From a virus (lineage: Duplodnaviria; Caudoviricetes), in the IMG/VR virus record IMGVR_UViG_3300048999_000258, positions 1 through 57,536 of that record: DNA of 57,536 nt; one strand, given 5' to 3'. The position numbers and the translations under genes were made by a program. The notes beneath the pieces were generated by a model. That model worked only from the letters and a program-made list of their open reading frames with translations, did no database searches and had not been told where the DNA came from. Shown piece by piece: positions 16,087 through 24,867 of the stretch. Numbering within the stretch: position 1 is the first letter of the stretch; each line of letters starts with the position of its first letter.

Positions 16087-17790
16087 TCAACGCTCCTTGA
16101 GTGTTAGCCGCTGGGCTGCGGGGAGCGCTGGCATGCTGCGCCGTACAAGTTCCAAGGGTATCGCACCTGGGATGGTGAGGCGGCCTAGGCTGCGCTGCAT
16201 CTGCTCTTGCGAGTCTTCATCTTGCTCGGTGTCATCCTTGCCCTGGTCTTGCTTAGACGGGTCTTGGGTGGCAGCAGCAGCGCCAGGCGACATACCGCCT
16301 GCGCCGCCGGGCATCTGCGCCATCGCGGCAGCCTGCTTGTTTTGCAGCCAGACTGGATTGAGGATGATGTTGCCCGAATCGTCTGGCAGCGGCGGCAAAT
16401 CTTCTTCAGCGCGAATCTCGTTGACCGTCCAGCTGGTGGCGACGCGCTTTTGATTGAGGTCTGCCAGCTCACCGCGGCTTAGGGCATCAAGGCCTACAAA
16501 CTCAAACTTAAAGTTTTCGTTGATGGGCCAGAGAATGTGCGTGTTGATGCAATGGGCGATATGCGCAAGCAACGGGCGTAGGCCGCGCTCACGGCTCTCG
16601 ATGATTTTGTCTTTGTTGCTGCCCTGGCTGAGCGTTGAGACCTGGCCGGCATTGCCGTAAGGGTGGCCAATCTCGTCGGGGCTAATGCAGTACACAGAGC
16701 AGGTGCATTTAATCAGCAGGTCTATCCATTGCTGAAAGCCCATCTCAGTGTTGGATTGCTGCATATTAATCCACTCAATGCCCGCTTCAGCATTGGTGAT
16801 GGGCGTGCGCCAGGCGTTCTCAACACCAGACAGCATGGCGTACCACTGCGACTTAAAGCGGTTGAGCATCTTCTCGCTCATACCCGCCTTGATGTTGATG
16901 AGGCCCTTGGGTGCGCTGTTCTGAATGAAGTAGCGGCTGTTGTATTCAAAGCCGTTGACCAGGTTTGTGATGGTCTCGACCAGCAGCTCTAACTCGCTTG
17001 TGCCGTAGCCCTGCAGGCGGATGTCCGTCGACGGGTTGCGCACGCCGTAGCACATCTCATCGGCGGTAAATTCCTCCACGATGGTGCCGTCATAGATTTG
17101 CACGTAGGCCGTCTCGCGGCTGACCGCAGCGTCGTCTGAGCTGTTGCGAATGCTCTCGGCCAGGCGGATGGTTGAGGCGTCCACGGCGTAAAACTCTGCC
17201 GGCTGACCCTTTTTGTTGGGCACAATTTCTGTGGCGTGGGCGTCAAATGTCAGCGTGTCAGAGGTAATCTTGCGCAGGTAGGTGGAGAAATTGTCCCGTC
17301 TGCGCGGGTTTTGTGTCAGGCCCGTACGGCTAAAGAACGTCTCCATAGCCTGCACAAACTTGCGGTCCTCTTTAGATAGCTTGTCGTTGCGGTCGCGCAG
17401 CCTAATGGCAAAGCCATTTCCAAAGCGGTTCGCCTGCGGGTGTGCGAACTGCGCCACCTGATTGATGCGCGTCTGGTGCACGGCGCCGACGATAGGCGTG
17501 CGAAACTTGACGCCCTTGAGGATATCGTAGCTTAGCGGTGAGGGGCGCTCACGATAGCCCATTTGCCCCAAGACCTGATATGGGTCCCATTGCAAAGCCT
17601 TTGGGTCTTCAGTAGCAGGCAGCGTCGGCGCAGGTGCGTTGTTGGACGTATCCTGCTGGTTGCCACCAGGGCCTGCGCGGTTGTTATCTGCGCCGCCATC
17701 GTCACGGCCTTCTGCGCGCGACAAGGCCTCTAGGCCGCCGCTTGCCGCGCCTCGCATGAAATCCGCAGCTGATTTAAAAAACGAAGGCAT
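16087..17790 (-). CDS. Portal protein
   Basis: EFYAVDASTIR, DEMCYGVRNPSTDIRLQGYGTSELE, YNSRYFIQNSAPKGLI, GLRPLL, TVNEIRAEEDLPPL. Confidence 0.93.
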   Translation of the reverse strand: MPSFFKSAADFMRGAASGGLEALSRAEGRDDGGADNNRAGPGGNQQDTSNNAPAPTLPATEDPKALQWDPYQVLGQMGYRERPSPLSYDILKGVKFRTPIVGAVHQTRINQVAQFAHPQANRFGNGFAIRLRDRNDKLSKEDRKFVQAMETFFSRTGLTQNPRRRDNFSTYLRKITSDTLTFDAHATEIVPNKKGQPAEFYAVDASTIRLAESIRNSSDDAAVSRETAYVQIYDGTIVEEFTADEMCYGVRNPSTDIRLQGYGTSELELLVETITNLVNGFEYNSRYFIQNSAPKGLINIKAGMSEKMLNRFKSQWYAMLSGVENAWRTPITNAEAGIEWINMQQSNTEMGFQQWIDLLIKCTCSVYCISPDEIGHPYGNAGQVSTLSQGSNKDKIIESRERGLRPLLAHIAHCINTHILWPINENFKFEFVGLDALSRGELADLNQKRVATSWTVNEIRAEEDLPPLPDDSGNIILNPVWLQNKQAAAMAQMPGGAGGMSPGAAAATQDPSKQDQGKDDTEQDEDSQEQMQRSLGRLTIPGAIPLELVRRSMPALPAAQRLTLKER

Positions 17791-17860
17791 CGAGTCCCTT
17801 GAAGCGGTAGCAATCTAAGCAAGGCGCAAGCCCGTGTGGCCCGCGCCTATCAACCTGCCT

Positions 17861-19822
17861 TCAGTCCTCTAAGCTAAACGCCGACATATCTACCAGCGTG
17901 CTGCCCTGCTCGCGGCCGAGCATGCCAAAACCTCTGTGGTCCTGGCTTGCACTATGGCTTTTGCCGAAAGCGGTGCTCGGGCCGCAGTGGGGGCAGACGC
18001 CGTACATGGCGCTGTGTTCTTGGTCACAGCTTTTGCACAGGGTCTGGGCGACGCGATTGGCATCGTTCGGGCTGTGGTGGTCAGAGCCATTGGCGTAGAA
18101 GCCGTTGCTTTTGGATATGTGCGCTAAGTAATCGTCCATGCCGCCGGTAGCGTGTTGCACGAAGCCGCGTTGCTCAATGCGTTGCTGATAGGACTTGGCG
18201 TCGCCGCCTTGATAGTACCCAGCGGCCATTTCGCTTTTGCGGGCCTGGCGCTCTTCATTGCCCAACTCATTCGCCTTAAATTTATGATAAGACGCTATGT
18301 CTTCATGTTTCCCCGCGGCCTTGCCGGCGGCTTTTGAATCTGCATTGTCAGTGACGATGTTGGACGCTTTGTCTTCGAGCTTCGTCTGCTCTGACTCGTG
18401 AGCGTGGAAAGCGTCTTTATGATCCTGGGCGGTAAAGTGCTCGTAATTTTTATCTTTTGGGTACTTATGACTGTATATGGGCTTGCCTGACTTTGTGTGC
18501 CCCAAAATTTTCCCACCCCGTGACCCCTCGCCCGCCTTCATCATCTCGCCCACCTGCTCCGCGCGCAGGATATACCCGTCAACAAGCTTGCCCGCAGGTG
18601 GCACACCAATGTCGTCGGTCACGTCGCCGCCAATGTCGTAGGGGCCGCAGTCTTGCAGCTTATCCTCTTTGCCTGCGTCACTCTCGGACACGCCGACAAT
18701 TGATTCCACGCTTTTCGCAGGGCCGCCGTTGGTGCTGTTTTTGCCGACCTTCTTTTTGACCTTTTTATTCTCTTCTTCGCGGTCGTCGTCGCCTGCGGGC
18801 GCACTGCTAGATTTGCCGTTGCTTGAAGACCCGGTCATGTCGCCGTCTAGGCCATCGACGGTCTCGGCGTTCTCGATGTTGCCTGATTGAAACTGGCCTT
18901 TAGCGAGGAAGGATTTAAAGAGGTCTGTGCTGGTCATGGCGGTGTCCGAGGTTAGAGATTTAACAGTTTTTGAGGGGTCTGGATAATGAGTATCCCCAAA
19001 CGCCATGCGCCTCGATACGGAGTGATGTACGCCTGCGATGGTCTCGTGTTTAATCCTAGATTGGCGGTGGTGCTCCATTGTGTCGATGACGTTATGCGGA
19101 AGCTTTGCTGTGTCCGACCCACGCATATTTCCGCTCGCAGGACCGTGTTTGCTGCCTGTGGCACGCTTAAACGTCTCAGCTTCTTCATTGGCGTGCCAAT
19201 TTGCGGCTTGCCTGTGCACATCGCGGGCGTCTTCGTGGTCTTGCTGCGTAAATGAGGGCGTCATTTTATGCAGCAACTTGTCACGTTTGTTGCGATCCCC
19301 GCTGTCGTCACCGACGGCCACCGCTGCGGGATGCTTGCTAGAGCGGGTCGTATACGTGTCGTGATTGGGTCCGTAGATAGGCGCGCCGCTTTTTGTGTGG
19401 CCGATAATGTGTCCGCCCCGCGAGCCTTCGCCTGACTTCATTCCTTTGCTTAATTGTTCGTGCGCCAAGACTAAACTCCCGTATGATTTTTTGACCGACG
19501 TCGTGTTGGCCAATCGATTGTGCGCCAGCGCTGCTCGTAGATGCCGACCGCCCTCAGGGCTGGCTGACTTGCGGCCATGGTCCGCTTTATAGGCCTGCTT
19601 GAAATGTGTGCTCGCGGCCTCAGCGTGGTCTGACTTGCTGTAATGCGCGAACGACCCGCCGAGCCGGCCCGCGTCTTTGCCGATGTCGCCCTGCTCATGC
19701 ACATGCATGGCGGCATAACGAGCGTGGCTGGACTCGTAGATAGGCTTGCCTGACTTGGTCGAGCCAATTTGATGGCCGCCCCGTGAACCGACGCCGGCTT
19801 TAGATAGCATCAGAGCGGGCAT
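17861..19822 (-). CDS. His-rich repeat protein with three GSRGG..(I/L)G.TKSG.PIY modules and C-terminal Zn ribbon
   Basis: Start reassigned to ATG 19822 (TGATG overlap with upstream ORF, GGAG SD). Modules begin near 19789, 19426 and 18526. CKSC...CPHC near the end. Confidence 0.75.
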   Translation of the reverse strand: MPALMLSKAGVGSRGGHQIGSTKSGKPIYESSHARYAAMHVHEQGDIGKDAGRLGGSFAHYSKSDHAEAASTHFKQAYKADHGRKSASPEGGRHLRAALAHNRLANTTSVKKSYGSLVLAHEQLSKGMKSGEGSRGGHIIGHTKSGAPIYGPNHDTYTTRSSKHPAAVAVGDDSGDRNKRDKLLHKMTPSFTQQDHEDARDVHRQAANWHANEEAETFKRATGSKHGPASGNMRGSDTAKLPHNVIDTMEHHRQSRIKHETIAGVHHSVSRRMAFGDTHYPDPSKTVKSLTSDTAMTSTDLFKSFLAKGQFQSGNIENAETVDGLDGDMTGSSSNGKSSSAPAGDDDREEENKKVKKKVGKNSTNGGPAKSVESIVGVSESDAGKEDKLQDCGPYDIGGDVTDDIGVPPAGKLVDGYILRAEQVGEMMKAGEGSRGGKILGHTKSGKPIYSHKYPKDKNYEHFTAQDHKDAFHAHESEQTKLEDKASNIVTDNADSKAAGKAAGKHEDIASYHKFKANELGNEERQARKSEMAAGYYQGGDAKSYQQRIEQRGFVQHATGGMDDYLAHISKSNGFYANGSDHHSPNDANRVAQTLCKSCDQEHSAMYGVCPHCGPSTAFGKSHSASQDHRGFGMLGREQGSTLVDMSAFSLED

Positions 19823-20088
19823 CACACGTCTCCTGACGGCATGCTGCGTATGAGCGCGTGATTTTGCGCCAGCAGCTGCTGATAGGCGCCCCACGCCATG
19901 CGTTGGCGCTCATTCTCGCGGTCCGTCTTGGCCTCGAGCTGCGCCAACTGGTCACGATACTTCTGCCAGGCCGTGTCTGCGTCCAGGGCGGTGACGCTTT
20001 TGCACAGCGACGGCTGTAGCGTGAGGTAGGGCTGTCGCTCAGATTTAGGCATAGCGCCAGATTGCCATAGCCACGGCGCTGAGACCAA
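19822..20088 (-). CDS. Hypothetical head-module protein
   Basis: Its stop overlaps the next start (TGATG); helical sequence. Confidence 0.6.
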   Translation of the reverse strand: MVSAPWLWQSGAMPKSERQPYLTLQPSLCKSVTALDADTAWQKYRDQLAQLEAKTDRENERQRMAWGAYQQLLAQNHALIRSMPSGDV

Positions 20089-20092
20089 TCTG

Positions 20093-20524
20093 CTAGCCGT
20101 TTTGACGCCGCTTGTAGAACTGAACGGACCGGCGCAGCAGGGTTTTGCCGACCAAGGGCGGCAATTGTGACTGCCTCACCGTCTGAAACAGCTGTTGCCG
20201 AAAGCCAATCTCGCTCGCAGAATCGTCAATTAGGCTGCCTATGACGCCATTCCAGTAACGAGTCTCGCTGCCCGACTCAAACAGATTGCGGGCCACCTCA
20301 CTGAGCTGGGTGGGCGCATCGGCAATCTCTATGCGTTGTTGGGCCGTGATATCCTCAGGCATCTTGTCCATGGCCTGGCCCTTATACGGCCCACGGTTGT
20401 TGCCGATGTTGCCACGCAGGATGCCGACACCGCGGTTGTGCGCCGTGACAATGACGTGTGAGGGGCTAGGTGCCGGAGCGACGGCTTTGCGCAGGATGTG
20501 CTTTGGCATAACTGAGGGTATCAA
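20093..20524 (-). CDS. Hypothetical head-module protein
   Basis: Overlaps the TerL stop, same strand. Confidence 0.6.
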   Translation of the reverse strand: MIPSVMPKHILRKAVAPAPSPSHVIVTAHNRGVGILRGNIGNNRGPYKGQAMDKMPEDITAQQRIEIADAPTQLSEVARNLFESGSETRYWNGVIGSLIDDSASEIGFRQQLFQTVRQSQLPPLVGKTLLRRSVQFYKRRQNG

Positions 20525-22149
20525 AACGGCGTGGTCTCGCCTACATCCGCGTGTTCTGGGTCGCCGTAGACGGGATTGCCGAACATATCATAGCTGACAT
20601 CATCGCCTTCAGCTTCTTCTAAGGCCTGCTGCACGGGCTCCTCCGGCACCATAGCGTTCGTCAACACGCCCTTCTCTGCCTGCTGACGGGCAAGCTTTGT
20701 CTCTTCTGTGCCGAAGCTAGCAGAAAAACCGCCGGACTTGACCGCGATGTTGCAAAGGTAGCAGGCCATGGACAAATCATCATTTTGCCCTGTGTTCTCC
20801 AGCTTTCCATCGACGTAAGTCCAGTGGTGAAACTCCTCTATAACAAGGTCTGTCATCTCTACAGAGCGCCTGTCTCCACGCGGGATGCGCATCTTATGAT
20901 TCTCAAGCAGCACGCGCATCGCAGGAATGCCCTTTGACAGCGAATGTTTCTCAACGCCCGTATTGTACTTTTTAATTGGCAAATCAGTTTGATTAAGCAG
21001 CTCATCTCCGAAGATACGCTGCGCCTGATTGGCCTCTAAGACAGCCAGACCTACCTCATACTTGCGTGCCATCTTGTTAATTAGAGAAAGCTGCTGCTGA
21101 TAGGGCATGCCTTTATGGCGTTCTATATCTACCCAATAACGGTTGCCTTGCGCGTCGCATCCCATGACGAAAATCACCATGTAATCCGCGCCAACGCCCG
21201 AGCTGAGCGCGAAGTCGACACCCATATACAAGTCGATGCCCGCGTCCGCCCAGAAGTCATAGGGCATGCCGAGTGTCAGCTTCTTCATTTCTATGCGTTC
21301 ATGTTGAAACAAATGCATCGGAAACAGCGATGCGTCATCAGACATAGGGACGCAGCCAATTTCCTGGGCAAATCGTATAGAGCCAATTTCTGTTAACTTG
21401 TCGGCAAGATACTTTAGATTGAATCTTTGAGGAAAGAGAGCCACACCATCTTTGATGGCAGGGAACACACGATGCACATACGCAGCATTCTTTTTTAGCT
21501 CTGCGTATAAATCGAATGAACTTAGCGGGGTGCCAACAACAACTATCTGCCCACCTGGATTTACCATGTTGGTGATTGCAGTGAAAAAATAGTTATTGGT
21601 CTTGCGGCGCACCGTTGGGCTGTACATCGTTTCATCGGTCAACGTGTCATCGCCGATGATGCAATCAGGGTGCAGGCCTCGTTTCCGCGTGCCAAATCCC
21701 GCCGTCACAATGCGTGACCCGTTTGAAAAAATAACCTGGCTCTTGTTCCAACTGCTACCCTTGCGCGCCATCCTGCTCGGCAATAGCCACCGCAGTTTCG
21801 GATTACTCTCAACTTCTTCTTTAATGTGCTGCAGGACCTCTTCGGCCTGGGCGCTGGCCGCCGAAATGATGAACGTTAGCTTGCCCGGCTTATAGATGGC
21901 TCGCCAGATGGCATAGGCCTCACTGAAAAAGAATGTCTTGCCGAGGCCGCGCGACGCCAGGATGCACACGCGGTCGTGCTGCGTGACCAGCTTGTCCCAC
22001 TGCAGGTGGTGCGGCCCCGGCAAAAAGCGGCCGTTGTAGGGCGGCTCAGGTGGGCCTGATAGCGTCTTGGCAGCGAAATAGACCGGGCTTGCGGCCATAA
22101 GCCGGGCGCCGTGGGTCTCGCGCAACGATGGGCTCAGCTCGGCGACCAC
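20521..22149 (-). CDS. terL: Terminase large subunit
   Basis: Walker A ASRGLGKT, RGLHPDCIIGDD (Walker B), VVGTP coupling motif, RNase H-like GVDFA, LEANQAQ, NDDLSMA. Confidence 0.95.
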   Translation of the reverse strand: MVAELSPSLRETHGARLMAASPVYFAAKTLSGPPEPPYNGRFLPGPHHLQWDKLVTQHDRVCILASRGLGKTFFFSEAYAIWRAIYKPGKLTFIISAASAQAEEVLQHIKEEVESNPKLRWLLPSRMARKGSSWNKSQVIFSNGSRIVTAGFGTRKRGLHPDCIIGDDTLTDETMYSPTVRRKTNNYFFTAITNMVNPGGQIVVVGTPLSSFDLYAELKKNAAYVHRVFPAIKDGVALFPQRFNLKYLADKLTEIGSIRFAQEIGCVPMSDDASLFPMHLFQHERIEMKKLTLGMPYDFWADAGIDLYMGVDFALSSGVGADYMVIFVMGCDAQGNRYWVDIERHKGMPYQQQLSLINKMARKYEVGLAVLEANQAQRIFGDELLNQTDLPIKKYNTGVEKHSLSKGIPAMRVLLENHKMRIPRGDRRSVEMTDLVIEEFHHWTYVDGKLENTGQNDDLSMACYLCNIAVKSGGFSASFGTEETKLARQQAEKGVLTNAMVPEEPVQQALEEAEGDDVSYDMFGNPVYGDPEHADVGETTPF

Positions 22150-22319
22150 TATTTAATCAGGTCCATGGGCGGCTCGGAGCTAAGCGGCGTGCCGTGCAAA
22201 CGCTTGCTGATTGGCTCTGGCTGGTCATTGAGGTGGCCCTGCTCTAGGCGGTCAATGTGCTCTTTCGCCTTCTTGAGTCGTTTGCGGCGTTGCTCGGAAG
22301 TCTCGTGTTCGCTAGGCAT
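22149..22319 (-). CDS. 56-aa protein translationally coupled to TerL (not in ORF track)
   Basis: MPSEHETSEQRRKRLKKAKEHIDRLEQG...DLIK; its TAG overlaps the TerL GTG (TAGTG). Confidence 0.55.
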   Translation of the reverse strand: MPSEHETSEQRRKRLKKAKEHIDRLEQGHLNDQPEPISKRLHGTPLSSEPPMDLIK

Positions 22320-22367
22320 GCTCAACTGCTATGCTAGGCTGAGGTTTGCCGCAACTTCGGAGATTAA

Positions 22368-22847
22368 ATGCCGACAAAGACGCCAGAGTGGGAACAGCGC
22401 GACGACGAGTCCGCCCCCGCCTATACAGCCTTTAAGCATTACCGCGACGACGGCGACAAACGCTCCTACGTCAACACCGCCGAAGCGCTAGGTAAAAGCC
22501 GTACGCTGATTGAACGCTGGGCCTTCCAGTACGCCTGGCAGGCCCGTGTGCGCAGCCACACCCGCAGCCTTGAGCATGACGCGACCAAGCAGCGGCAAAA
22601 ACGCTACAAGCAGATGTACGATATGCAGGCGGGCATTGCGTCCATGCTGCTCAAGAAGGCTGTGGACCGGCTAAAAGAAATAGACCCAGGCGAGCTATCC
22701 GTGATGGAAGCACTTAAATTCGTGAAGCTTGGCGTCGATATTGAGCGTGAGGCTCGTGCGTTTAACATTCATGATAGGGCTAGCGCGCCGGAGGATGCGG
22801 CCAAGGCGACGGTGGACCGCATCGCCGCGACAGGCGGCAAGGGCTAG
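22368..22847 (+). CDS. Terminase small subunit-like HTH protein
   Basis: WEQRDDESAPAYTAFKHYRD...RS....AEALGKSRTLIERW...W..R followed by coiled coil; GGAG SD. Confidence 0.65.
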   Translation: MPTKTPEWEQRDDESAPAYTAFKHYRDDGDKRSYVNTAEALGKSRTLIERWAFQYAWQARVRSHTRSLEHDATKQRQKRYKQMYDMQAGIASMLLKKAVDRLKEIDPGELSVMEALKFVKLGVDIEREARAFNIHDRASAPEDAAKATVDRIAATGGKG

Positions 22848-22963
22848 GATTGAGACTCGCACGCAATGTCAAAAACACCGCCTGGGGCGACCTGTTGGCT
22901 TTCGGCACTCTGCTGGCTGTGGGCGGCTGCTTATTGCTTGGGCTTGTTCTTGTTGTTGACGCG

Positions 22964-23329
22964 CTAACTCGACGCCATCAGCGACTTGAATACCGACGCC
23001 AACTCTCCTTCGCTACCCCGCGCCATCTGCGCTGCGAGCACCTGGCTGCGCTGTTCTATCTCGGAGACATCGACGCCGTTCGCCAGCCGGTAGTTTTTAA
23101 TTAGTGTCAACACAATCAACTTTTGCACCTTGTCCGCGTTGCGCGATGAACACTTCATGCGTTTGGCGAGCTTGCCAGGCGACATCGCCAGCATATCGGT
23201 GAGATGAGCAGCCAAGTAGGGCGACAATTCGAGCATTCGACTAGCTAGGCGATTGCGATGCGTCTGGCAACTCAGTGTCTGCGTTGCGCGCTTGCTGCAG
23301 CATGAAATCCGCCAGAGGCTCGAGCGCAA
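22964..23329 (-). CDS. Hypothetical protein
   Basis: Protein-like helical ORF; start uncertain. Confidence 0.4.
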   Translation of the reverse strand: MRSSLWRISCCSKRATQTLSCQTHRNRLASRMLELSPYLAAHLTDMLAMSPGKLAKRMKCSSRNADKVQKLIVLTLIKNYRLANGVDVSEIEQRSQVLAAQMARGSEGELASVFKSLMASS

Positions 23330-23843
23330 AACGCGCCATCGGCACGCTAGCGAAGATGTGCGGGGGCAAGCCCATGAAGATGTGCTTGCACTTCAAAAAA
23401 CGGTGGCGCAGGGCGCGCCTAGCCGTATGCGCGGCCCTAGCCTGCTGAGCCGTTGAAAGTGGACGCGCAACGGGGCGCGGGGGTCGGCTCATGCGCGCAT
23501 CCTGGCAGACGGCCGAAGCGGCCACAAGCGGGGCCAAGATGTTTGCGGGGCCTAGACAGGCCTGCGGCGTGGGTGTATTTTGCCTAGGATTAATAATCCT
23601 ACGGAGACTGTGACTGTGACCCATTTCAAAGTTACCCCCGACAAAACTGCGTCCCACCAAAGGCAGGCGGGCCTGTACCAGGGCCAGATTTGGGGCTGCA
23701 AGTTTGCCCGGCAGCTGATTTTACGGATGGGACGGGGTGAGCTATCATTAATAGAGACGCAGCGTTTGATTCGTGAGGCTATTCTGCGGCTTGAAGCGGA
23801 GGCAGAGCGGCTGCCTACGGATGCGTGTTCAACGCCTCAGTCT

Positions 23844-24050
23844 TCAAGCTAAAGAATCCACCAGCGTCCTAAGCGCGTCTGCCACAGACACACTTCGCTT
23901 ACGGGCGAGGTGCGTCAAAATGTCCATTTGAGATGTCGTTAGGCGCAAATTGACGCACACGCTAAGACGTTTCGTCTCCGCTAACTGCGGTCGTCCTGCC
24001 CCCTTGCGCACACCGCCACGCCCAAATGTTTTACATGGTTGCTGGCTCAT
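23844..24050 (-). CDS. Ribbon-helix-helix (CopG-like) DNA-binding protein
   Basis: GGVRKGAGRP hook, then VCVNLRLT....L..LARKRSVSVADALR.LV. Confidence 0.7.
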   Translation of the reverse strand: MSQQPCKTFGRGGVRKGAGRPQLAETKRLSVCVNLRLTTSQMDILTHLARKRSVSVADALRTLVDSLA

Positions 24051-24060
24051 GACCCGTTGA

Positions 24061-24639
24061 TTACATACCGCCGCGGCGGATGCCACCAAGACCAGTCGCA
24101 AAGTTTAATTGGTGCGCGCTTTGGTGCGCGCTTTCATCTGGCGACCAAACACCGTCTGATTCGTGAAAGCTGCGGACGCGTGTCAAGCATTCGCTACATG
24201 TTAACTCATCAGCAGGCTTAAGAAACCGTGGCATCGATGGGTCATGCGCTGATGAACACAGGTATTTTTGTTTCGGCCTAAAGACCCTTCCCTTGCAAAT
24301 ACCGTCAGGCAGAAAAAGATGCCCTACCTTCCCTTTCTTTGCGCTCGTCACCAAAAGTGCACAGACATCAAGCCCATACTGTTTGCCCACATCCGACATC
24401 TCGCAGACCAATTTTGGGCTCTGCGCCACTTTCTTATTTGCAACATTCCAGTAACTAGCATCCATTTCCGCAACTCTGCTGTTGTTAGTTGGGTCCGGCG
24501 CTTTGGTCGGCGCGTGCTCACTCACCGGCGCCAAAACACTGCTCGGCGTCGTGAAGGTTGTTTCAAGAACCCCGTTTCTCACTTCTGCCGCTACCTTCAT
24601 GCCCTCGATGGCTGGGATGTACAGAATATGCGCTTTCAT
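24061..24639 (-). CDS. Hypothetical Cys-containing protein
   Basis: 192-aa ORF with GGAG upstream. H...YLC...TCSEC may bind Zn. Confidence 0.55.
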   Translation of the reverse strand: MKAHILYIPAIEGMKVAAEVRNGVLETTFTTPSSVLAPVSEHAPTKAPDPTNNSRVAEMDASYWNVANKKVAQSPKLVCEMSDVGKQYGLDVCALLVTSAKKGKVGHLFLPDGICKGRVFRPKQKYLCSSAHDPSMPRFLKPADELTCSECLTRVRSFHESDGVWSPDESAHQSAHQLNFATGLGGIRRGGM

Positions 24640-24867
24640 CGGGACTCCAGAACTAAAGATTACGCCGGTGTATCACCAATTTAGATTTTTGCAAGCAAAA
24701 ATAGCAAGCAAAAGGGGGCCATTTCGCTTTTGCGTCTTCAATGCGCGTGGCAGCCCCGATGGTTGGCCTGCCTCCCAATTATGTTTGACTACGTTTGCCC
24801 GAAAAGTTTCGTGGCCCTAGAATCGGCTTGCAGGCTGCGCCCACAACAAACAAGGATAGAGCTGACT

